From Vulcanimicrobiota bacterium (GTDB lineage Bacteria > Vulcanimicrobiota > Xenobia > Xenobiales > JADMJV01), in the NCBI GenBank assembly GCA_050250895.1, contig JBFWNU010000001.1, forward strand, positions 2,692,891 to 2,756,890: DNA of 64,000 nt, given 5' to 3'. The notes under the pieces are model-generated. The model did not search any database. It was not told the DNA's origin and saw only the letters and a program-made list of their open reading frames with translations. The position numbers were made by a program, and so were the translations under genes. Positions 56,948 through 64,000 of this stretch are shown here, piece by piece (positions within the stretch are counted from its first letter, which is position 1; the number at the start of each line of letters is the position of its first letter).

Positions 56948-58648
56948 GTGAAAAGCCTCAGACAGCTAGTAATGGTCGGGTTGGCTTTGTTGATCTGGTC
57001 GGTCGCTCCCGGTTGGGCTCAGCTTTTGCCCGAACCTGACGCCGAGACTCCGACGCCCGTGTCGGTCGAGGCGACCGAATCGCCCGAGGCGGGCAAGACC
57101 AGCCCGCGCGACGCGGTGGCCGACTTCCTCAACATCATGCGTGAGGCAGGTCCTTTGCGGCCGGACCTATACCTGGCTGCTCGCCAGTATCTCGATCTGT
57201 CGGGTGTGCCCAGTGTGGTGCGCGACGAGAAAAGCGTTACCCTGGCCAACGACCTTTACAACGTCTTGATGGCCGCCGATGTGGACCTGGCCAGCCTCCC
57301 CGACACCGACCCCGGTCTCGACCGGGTCCGCGTCTATCGCCAGCCCACCGGTGACGAGATCTACCTGGTGCGGGCCGACGACGGCTCGTGGCAGTTCTCG
57401 GCCGACAGCTTGGCCGGCCTCAACCGCATGTATGGGGTGCTGGCCACCAAAGGCAAACTGGCCAGCCTCGAGGTGCCGGCCTGGCTTGACTTTCGCTTTC
57501 TCGGTCTGGCCGGGCTGCAGTGGTTGCTGCTGGTCTGCATTCCCTTTCTGTCCTGGTTTTTTGGTCGGGTCTGCGTACTGGTGGTTCGTCGGCTGGTGAA
57601 AAAGCGCCTCGAGAGCGAAAGCTTCGGTATCTCGCCCGATGAGCAGAAGAAGGTCCTGCGGCCGCTCGGCTGGTTGATCGGCAGTCTGATGGCCTGGGTC
57701 GGCTTCACGGCTTTGATGCTGCCCGAGGCGATGCTGGTGTTGCTGGCCATCCTCTGCAAACTGGTAGCGACCTCAGCTGCGGTCCTTTCTGCCTACCGCT
57801 TTTGCGACGTGCTGGCCATCTTCTTGCATCACGTGGCTAGCCGGACCGAATCGACCTTCGACGACATGCTGGTGCCGCTGGTGCGCCGCTCCCTCAAGGT
57901 CGTCATCACCATCATCGGCCTGCTCTTCATCGCTCAGAACCTGGATCTCGAGGTGTGGAGCCTGTTCGCCGGATTCTCGGTCGTCGGAGCCATGGTGGCC
58001 CTGGCCGGCCAGGACATGGTCAAGAATTTCTTCGGTTCGCTGACGGTCTTGATGGACCGACCCTTCTCGGTCGGAGATTGGGTTGTAGTGGAAGGCGTGG
58101 AAGGAGTGGTAGAGGATGTGGGCTTTCGCTCGACCCGGATCCGCACGTTCTATGACTCGGTCATCTCGTTGCCGAACTCGCGACTGATCACGGCTCACGT
58201 GGACAATTACGGAGCCCGCACCTATCGGCGCTACACTACCAAGCTCAATCTTCTCTATTCCACTGCGCCCGACCGTCTCGAGGCTTTCTGCGAGGGCATT
58301 CGCGAGTTGGTCCGGATTCATCCCCATACGCGCAAAGATTCCTTTCAGGTGTGGGTCAACGACATGTCCGAATACTCCCTTCAGGTGCTGCTCTATGTCT
58401 TTTGGAAGTGCCCTGATTGGGAGAGCGAACTACGAGAGCGCCATCGCTTCCTGGTGGATGTCCATCGGCTGGCCCGCAGTCTCGAACTCGAGTTTGCTTA
58501 TCCCACCAACACCGTGCACCTCGACCGAGAATCGCCCGAATTGGGCAGCCCCGCGCTGACCCACGAGTCCGGAGAGCTCGCGCGCGAACAGGGCCGAGAG
58601 CTGGTCGGAACCTTGACCGCCGCCAGTCTGCCCGAGACCACTGCTTGA
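56948..58648 (+). CDS. MscS-family mechanosensitive channel with periplasmic N-terminal domain
   Basis: Signal peptide, SPRDAVADFL, ALAGQDMVKNFFG, DRPFSVGDW, VEDVGFRSTRIRT, EFAYPT. Start uncertain (56930 or 56948). Confidence 0.9.
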   Translation: MKSLRQLVMVGLALLIWSVAPGWAQLLPEPDAETPTPVSVEATESPEAGKTSPRDAVADFLNIMREAGPLRPDLYLAARQYLDLSGVPSVVRDEKSVTLANDLYNVLMAADVDLASLPDTDPGLDRVRVYRQPTGDEIYLVRADDGSWQFSADSLAGLNRMYGVLATKGKLASLEVPAWLDFRFLGLAGLQWLLLVCIPFLSWFFGRVCVLVVRRLVKKRLESESFGISPDEQKKVLRPLGWLIGSLMAWVGFTALMLPEAMLVLLAILCKLVATSAAVLSAYRFCDVLAIFLHHVASRTESTFDDMLVPLVRRSLKVVITIIGLLFIAQNLDLEVWSLFAGFSVVGAMVALAGQDMVKNFFGSLTVLMDRPFSVGDWVVVEGVEGVVEDVGFRSTRIRTFYDSVISLPNSRLITAHVDNYGARTYRRYTTKLNLLYSTAPDRLEAFCEGIRELVRIHPHTRKDSFQVWVNDMSEYSLQVLLYVFWKCPDWESELRERHRFLVDVHRLARSLELEFAYPTNTVHLDRESPELGSPALTHESGELAREQGRELVGTLTAASLPETTA

Positions 58649-59472
58649 GAATCCTGGCCCTGCTGCTGCTACTGAGTTGTCAGGCCCTGGCCCAGGTGGG
58701 CAGCCTGGTATCGCTATCGGGCACCGAGGTCAAACTCACCTCGCTGCATTATCGCTTCGACCTGACCGAGCCGAAGGCTCGCCTCAGCCTCGAGGCCACT
58801 CTGGTCAATACCACGGATCGAGCGCTTGACGCCCACTACTTGCTGTTGGCTACCCAGGCGCGTCCTCCGGTCGAACTCGACGGCCGACCCTTACCCGTCG
58901 AGTCGACCTCGCGGGGCGAGTTTTACGGGCATGCCTTTCTGGTGCCCCTGTCACCCCACGAAGAGGCCCGACTGACCTCTCGCGTGACCGTGGTCGGCGA
59001 GCCGGCCTTTGATGCCGGACGGCGTGGCTACCGCTACCATCTGGTGGTGCCGGGAGATGGGACCACCGAGTTCGAGTTCGAGCTGCCCGAGTCTCTTTGG
59101 CTCGGCTCGGCCCTATCGCTCGAGTCCACCGAACCCGGCCGTTATCGGGCTCGGGCCCTGACCGGTCAGGTGGCTTTCACCGTCGGCCCCAAGGCCGACC
59201 TCGGATTCGCCCTGGCGTTGGGCGGGCCCATGGTGGTTTTCTTGCTGGCCAGTCTTATCGCTCTTCGGTGTCGACCGGCCGTGGGCCTGACTCTGGCCAT
59301 GCTGCTCGCCGGCGCGACCTATCAGGCCCTCAGTAAATCGGTCTGGCTGATCTGGTCGACCGAGCCGGCCGTCGAGGACCTGCTGAGGTGGTCGCTGGTG
59401 CTGGCGGTCACGGGGGCCGCCGTGGTCACCACCGCTGCCGGAGGAGTGCGTGAGCCTGCTGAGCGAGAGTGA
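58645..59472 (+). CDS. Exported/membrane hypothetical protein
   Basis: TTG 58645 overlaps the mscS stop; signal peptide LRILALLLLLSCQALA; three C-terminal TM helices. Confidence 0.6.
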   Translation: MRILALLLLLSCQALAQVGSLVSLSGTEVKLTSLHYRFDLTEPKARLSLEATLVNTTDRALDAHYLLLATQARPPVELDGRPLPVESTSRGEFYGHAFLVPLSPHEEARLTSRVTVVGEPAFDAGRRGYRYHLVVPGDGTTEFEFELPESLWLGSALSLESTEPGRYRARALTGQVAFTVGPKADLGFALALGGPMVVFLLASLIALRCRPAVGLTLAMLLAGATYQALSKSVWLIWSTEPAVEDLLRWSLVLAVTGAAVVTTAAGGVREPAERE

Positions 59473-60148
59473 ACTCGAGCGCCGGGACGTGGTGGCCAAT
59501 TGCTCGATGAATCGGGAACGCGGTCTGGCCAGCTATGTCCGAGAACTCCGCTTCGACCCGCTCGGACAACTGGCCGCCGGGGATTGCTGGCTTGACCTTG
59601 GCTGCGGTCAGGGACGGGCTTTGCGCGAGGCAGCCGAGCGTCGCCCGGATCTCCGACTCTTCGGAGTCGACCTGGTATTGCCCGAGCCTTCGCCTGACGT
59701 TGCGTTCGTGGCGGCGGCGGCCCGCCATTATCGACCCCGCCAACGCTTCGGCCTGATCACGATGGTCCACTCACTCCACTATGTGGGCGACAAACTGGGT
59801 TTGCTCGAGCGGGCGTCCCAATGGCTCGAGGAGCGGGGCCGACTGGTGGCCCACCTCGACCTGGCCAACCTGCGCTGGCCTGACGGTCGCCGGGCCGGTC
59901 CCTGGCTGGTCGGCCAGTTGCGTCAGGGTGGTTGGCTCTATCAGGCGCGCCTTCGCCTGCTCTCGCGGGTGGGACCGGCCCCGTTCGGCCCGGAGGTTGA
60001 ATTCCTTGGGGCTGACCCCTCCGCGGGCCCGAACTTCACCGGCCAGGCTGCCGTCCACTCGGTCTACCGTCGCGCACGAACTTTCGACGAAAAACATGTA
60101 ACAAAAGAAATTTCTGGCCGACGTCAAGACCCGAATGGGCAACTTTAG
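59450..60148 (+). CDS. Class I SAM-dependent methyltransferase
   Basis: WLDLGCGQG, FGVDL, FGLITMVHSLHYVGDKL. Confidence 0.85.
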   Translation: MSLLSESELERRDVVANCSMNRERGLASYVRELRFDPLGQLAAGDCWLDLGCGQGRALREAAERRPDLRLFGVDLVLPEPSPDVAFVAAAARHYRPRQRFGLITMVHSLHYVGDKLGLLERASQWLEERGRLVAHLDLANLRWPDGRRAGPWLVGQLRQGGWLYQARLRLLSRVGPAPFGPEVEFLGADPSAGPNFTGQAAVHSVYRRARTFDEKHVTKEISGRRQDPNGQL

Positions 60149-60196
60149 CTCGATCTGGACGGCCTTGGATGCGATTTTGGGAACAGGTTTTCCCGG

Positions 60197-60224
60197 TTGA
60201 CATCGTCTTCTGGATGGATATAAT
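60197..60224 (+). promoter_or_regulatory. Consensus sigma70 promoter
   Basis: TTGACA (60197-60202), 16-nt spacer, TATAAT (60219-60224); predicted start about 60231. Confidence 0.85.
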
Positions 60225-60230
60225 CAAAAT

Positions 60231-61308
60231 CGTTCCGACCACGGAGCCGCCCCGAATCAGCGTGAGTTCGGTGGGGTCTTACACCCCCAGACGGAATGTC
60301 TAAAGGGTAAGCGTTGGGCGAAGACGACATCGCACCCCCGGCGCCCCGGCCGGTCTCCAGGGCAAGGCTCGACTCGGGCCCTAGAACCCTCGCGAGGTTC
60401 GTCCGGCTCCCGAGAATCGAGAGGTCTGGTGCTGGTAGGTATGGCGGCCAGACAGCGGAACACTCAATTGCCGCGGCGCTCCACGATGCCGAAAGAGAGT
60501 GACTTGAGAACCGGTGGTCCGGTTTACGGTGGCAAACCCACCGGCGGCGCTGCTCGAATGCCGTGACAGAGGCGTCTGTCGAACGCGAGCAGGGTAGCTC
60601 TCCACCATAGAGAGCCTGAAGCCTCGATAAGGATTTCGGGGCGAGGCCCGAGACCCAGGCCGGAACCGTGAGGGTAAAGGCTGCCGCTAGTCGGCAGTGC
60701 CGGAGCAGGTCGAAAACGGGAGTCTGGTGCAGGTGAGGTGGCGGCCAGACACGGAGTCGCTCAGGCCGTAAAGAGCGAGGGTTGCGCTCAAACCATAGAA
60801 GCGCCCAGAGCCGACTGGTTAAAACGGGAGTCGTCGCAACGACTTAAGCCGACGGGTCGTGGAGTGCCCGAGGGTTGGAAATCTCGCGCCTGACGTGAGA
60901 ACGTCGAATAGCGAGCGCGGAACTGCTCGAGTGCCGTGGGGGGTGACCGCCAGAAAAGCGAGCAGGGGTAGCATGCATACCTGAGATATGCGCAGCGCTT
61001 CGTCTGAAGACATTCGAAGCGAGGCCCGACGCTCTTGCCGGAACCGTGAGGGGAAAGGCCGACTGGATTCGTCCAGTTCGGTGCCGGTCAAGGCGGACCA
61101 CGGGAGCCTGGTGCAGGAGAGGCGGCGGCCAGGCAGCGGAGCTATCGCTTGCCGCGACGACCACTAATCGTCGAAAGAGATAGACAGCAGATGTCTCGAC
61201 TGCCTAACAATGAGACGACCCTCCGCTTCGGCGAAGGGACCCCGACGCCTGAGTGGTGGCGGTCGGGAACCGAGAGGCGCTCCCTGGCAGGGCGCCTCTT
61301 TCCTTTTT
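60231..61308 (+). ncRNA. Putative large structured non-coding RNA (~1.07 kb) with three tandem homologous modules; family not recognised
   Basis: Own promoter and terminator, no credible CDS, internal triplication with compensatory base changes in stems and a pseudoknot, 5'/3' end complementarity. Confidence 0.75.
61272..61308 (+). terminator. Intrinsic terminator
   Basis: GAGAGGCGC-TCCCTGGCAGG-GCGCCTCTT followed by TCCTTTTT. Confidence 0.8.
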
Positions 61309-61410
61309 CCGGGGGGCGCGTGGGAGTGGTGGAAATCGCCAGGTGCAGTAGGCGTGGATGCTTAGCTGCGGGCGCTTTGGAACTTTGGGGTCGGGGCTGA
61401 CGAGACAGAG

Positions 61411-61686
61411 ATGGGACTAGCGTTGCGGTTTGCCGGACGGCCGCTGCTTTTTCGGAAGCTGGTGGGCTTGGACGGAGGATGCACGCTGGACGGGATCGCG
61501 GATTTGCAGAACGCGATTCGCGAGGAGTTGGGGTTCGGAGAGCCTGTCGTGGTCCCGGACCGTGGGGCTACCTTCTTTGCCACCGTGGGGATGCCGTTTA
61601 CGCTACATCCGGAGGCCCAGTTCCACGAGGTTCAGCTGCGAAAGCTGAAGGATATTCGGTCAAAGTTCCCGCTGGTTGAGCGGTGA
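61411..61686 (+). CDS. Small hypothetical protein
   Basis: 91-aa ATG ORF after the terminator; no family recognised. Confidence 0.45.
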   Translation: MGLALRFAGRPLLFRKLVGLDGGCTLDGIADLQNAIREELGFGEPVVVPDRGATFFATVGMPFTLHPEAQFHEVQLRKLKDIRSKFPLVER

Positions 61687-61757
61687 CGCAATCTGTGCCG
61701 ACTTGGCTTGGTCGGACCCTTCCACCTCCGCGTTAAAACTCCAGCAAGCACCCCCGG

Positions 61758-62591
61758 TCAGGCGGTGACGAAGTCGACCTCGATCGAACGGGGGATGATG
61801 CCGGCCGAGTGGCCTCGCGAGAGCAGTTCACGCACGGCGGCGCGGCCGGCCTGACCGAAGTCGAGAGTCGTGTCGTTGACGTACATCTCGACGAAGCGGT
61901 CGCAGGTGTCCTTGTCGAGCCCTCGGCCCCACTGCAGAGCGTAGTCCAGGGCCTCGTCGCGGTGGTCGAGGCCGTAGCGGATGGAGCGGTCGAGGATGTC
62001 GGCGACCTGGGCGATGCGTTCGGGGCCCAGCGAGCGGCGCACGATGGTCACTCCCAGGGGCAGAGGCAGCCCGGTCTGCTCTTGCCACCATTGGCCCAGG
62101 TCGACCAGTAGCTCGAGGCCTTCGGCGGCATAGGTCAACTGGCCCTCGTGGATGACCAAACCGGCACTGGCCTCACCCGAGCGGACCGTCTCGAGGATTT
62201 GGTCGAAGGGAACCACTTTGTAGGGGAAGTCTCCGGCGTAGAGGCGGGCTACCAGGAAGGCCGTGGTCAGCTCGCCGGGCACGGCTATCGGGCCGGCAAA
62301 GGCCTCTTCCGCCTCGACCCCGGGGCGGGTCACGAAGATCGGGCCGTAACCCTGGCCCAGGCTGGCCCCCGCCGCCAGCAAGGCATAGTCGTCGGCCAGG
62401 TGGGCATAGGCATGCAGAGAGACGGCCGTGACGTCGAGCTTTTGCTCGAAGGCCCACTCGTTGAGGGTCTGGATGTCCTCCATGACGTGCTCGAATTCGA
62501 ACTCGCCCATGTCGATGCGCCGCTGCGCGGTGGCGCAGAACATGAAGGCGTCGTCAGGGTCGGGGCTGTGACCTACGCGAATCAGGGTCAC
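61758..62591 (-). CDS. mqnD: 1,4-dihydroxy-6-naphthoate synthase (futalosine menaquinone pathway)
   Basis: VGHSPDPDDAFMF, DIQTLN, GYGP, IAVPGELTTA, GLVIHEGQLTY, TGLPLPLG, MYVN. Confidence 0.93.
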   Translation of the reverse strand: MTLIRVGHSPDPDDAFMFCATAQRRIDMGEFEFEHVMEDIQTLNEWAFEQKLDVTAVSLHAYAHLADDYALLAAGASLGQGYGPIFVTRPGVEAEEAFAGPIAVPGELTTAFLVARLYAGDFPYKVVPFDQILETVRSGEASAGLVIHEGQLTYAAEGLELLVDLGQWWQEQTGLPLPLGVTIVRRSLGPERIAQVADILDRSIRYGLDHRDEALDYALQWGRGLDKDTCDRFVEMYVNDTTLDFGQAGRAAVRELLSRGHSAGIIPRSIEVDFVTA

Positions 62592-64000
62592 GTGGGCTGG
62601 TCCTTGGTCAGGCCCGTCTTCTCGGGGCCCGACCGAGCCTTCTCGTCGCGCACGATGTTGAGGTTCATGCGCGGTTTGGTGAGATAGGTGTTTTGCTTCT
62701 CTTGCACCGACAGTTCAAAGTTGGAGGTGAACACCAGCGAGTCGGTGGGGCAAGCCTCGGTGCACAAGCCGCAATAGCAGCAACGGGCCAGATCGATGGA
62801 GTAGATCTCGGGGTATTCCCAGCCCTCGTCGTTTTCAGGCGAGGCCAGGTGAATGCAGCTGTCGGGACAGGCGTCGACGCAAACCCCGCAACCCACGCAC
62901 ATTTCGGCCGCGCAGCCGTAACAGCGCTTGCCCTCGCGGCGGGCCATGTCGAGCGAGAAGCCCAGGTCAAGCTCGTCGAAGGTCTGAATGCGCACCTCCC
63001 CCGGAATCTTCGGCATCGGCACTTGATAGTTCATCCGCCGGAAGGGCTTCTGCTTGGGCTCTTTGGACCAGGGTCGCGGGTCGACGAAAGCGCTCTCGGG
63101 CGGGCTCTCGACCTCACCCAATCCGGCGCGCCGCGAGACCACTCCCGAACTCAGGGCCGGAGCCGTGCCGTCGACGTAGGGAGTGACGTGCAGCTCAGCG
63201 TGGCCCGACTTCTCATAGCCGTAGAGAAAGGGAAAGCTGTCGGGGCAGCAGTCGTATTTTCTGGCGATGCCGATGCACACCGCATCGGCCATGCCGATGG
63301 CTTCGATGATGGTCGAAACCTTGGCCACGTCGCCGCAAGCCCACACGCCCTCGCGAGTGGTCTTGCCCTGTTCGTCAACCCGGATGGTGCCGTTGCGGTT
63401 GACCTTGATGTCGTCAGGCAGCCAGGGTATGTCGACCATCCGGCCCAGGGCCGTAATGATCATTCCGCACTCCAGAAGATATTCCGAGCCGGCGATGGGG
63501 CGGGGACTGCGCCGGCCCGAGCGGTCTTTCTCGCCCAGGCGATTCTTGATCACTTCCAGGCCGACCAGCTGGCCGTCTTGGATAATGATACGGTGGGGCG
63601 ACGTCAGCCACTCGAGGTGGATGCCCTCCTCCTCGCCATCTTCAATCTCTTCTTCTTCAGAAGGCATCTCGCGGCGGGTGCGCCGATAGATCATGACCAC
63701 CTCGGCCCCCATCCGGCGACAGGTGCGAGCGCAGTCAAAGCCGGTGTTGCCGCCCCCAACCACCACGACCTTTTTGGGCACTTCGGTGAGGCGGCCGCGA
63801 ATCTGCTCTTCGAGAAAGTCCTCGCCGTAATAGACGTAGGGCTTCTCTTCCGAGGCCAATCCCAGATGGTACGGCTTCCAGGCCCCGGCTGCGATGATGA
63901 CCTCGTGATGCCGCTTCTCGAGCTCTTCGAGGGTGACGTCGTTGCCCACTTCTACCGACAGGTGCAGGGTGATACCGTCGAGCTTGTGGATCCGTTCCAT
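62588..64000 (-). CDS. FAD/NAD(P)H-dependent oxidoreductase (GltD-like) fused to a C-terminal 2x[4Fe-4S] NuoI-like domain; 5' end outside the window
   Basis: VVVVGGGNTGFDCART, YRRTRREMP, CGDV, EGKRCYGC; CVGCGVCVDACP and CCYCGLCTEACP...FEL. Confidence 0.88.
   Translation of the reverse strand: MERIHKLDGITLHLSVEVGNDVTLEELEKRHHEVIIAAGAWKPYHLGLASEEKPYVYYGEDFLEEQIRGRLTEVPKKVVVVGGGNTGFDCARTCRRMGAEVVMIYRRTRREMPSEEEEIEDGEEEGIHLEWLTSPHRIIIQDGQLVGLEVIKNRLGEKDRSGRRSPRPIAGSEYLLECGMIITALGRMVDIPWLPDDIKVNRNGTIRVDEQGKTTREGVWACGDVAKVSTIIEAIGMADAVCIGIARKYDCCPDSFPFLYGYEKSGHAELHVTPYVDGTAPALSSGVVSRRAGLGEVESPPESAFVDPRPWSKEPKQKPFRRMNYQVPMPKIPGEVRIQTFDELDLGFSLDMARREGKRCYGCAAEMCVGCGVCVDACPDSCIHLASPENDEGWEYPEIYSIDLARCCYCGLCTEACPTDSLVFTSNFELSVQEKQNTYLTKPRMNLNIVRDEKARSGPEKTGLTKDQPT

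Noticed and set aside
60231-61308. RNase P RNA, tmRNA, group II intron, rRNA fragment or tandem riboswitch leader
   Set aside because: No GAGGAAAGTCC/P4 partner, no tRNA-like ends, no domain V or GUGYG start, and no riboswitch consensus I recognise. A novel leader for the 91-aa ORF cannot be fully excluded, but the size and end-pairing favour a stand-alone RNA.
60145-61400. Short ORFs (60145..60330, 60314..60502, 60381..60608, 60819..61091, 60844..61164, 61149..61400) as genes
   Set aside because: Arg/Pro/Ser-rich, no motifs, no convincing RBS; the internal repeats conserve base pairing rather than reading frame.

Overview
High-GC bacterial chromosomal window, densely coding, with no prophage, transposase, CRISPR array, rRNA or tRNA that I can support. 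Housekeeping and metabolic genes: type III glutamine synthetase, secD-secF, a NadQ/NrtR-type regulator with nadA-nadB-nadC and rsgA, def, comM, mqnD, an NCS1 transporter and MscS. These are interleaved with an unusually large type IV filament inventory: four PilC/GspF paralogs (one with a GAF-like N-terminal fusion) and three PilV/PilW/PilX-like minor-pilin cassettes. One cassette lies in an apparent operon with secDF, a GAF-adenylate/guanylate cyclase and two membrane Ser/Thr kinases. Several intergenic clusters of GC-rich palindromic REP-like repeats occur, and one has replaced the middle of a duplicated gene. The most striking unexplained element is a ~1.07 kb stretch with no credible CDS (~60231-61308). 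It is bracketed by a consensus TTGACA-N16-TATAAT promoter and an intrinsic terminator. It is built from three diverged copies of a structured module with covarying stems, a covarying pseudoknot and complementary hairpin loops, which makes it a candidate large, ornate non-coding RNA. The gene repertoire resembles Eremiobacterota/Vulcanimicrobiota-like lineages (inference only, no marker gene analysed). All product calls come from motif recognition by eye, not database searches.
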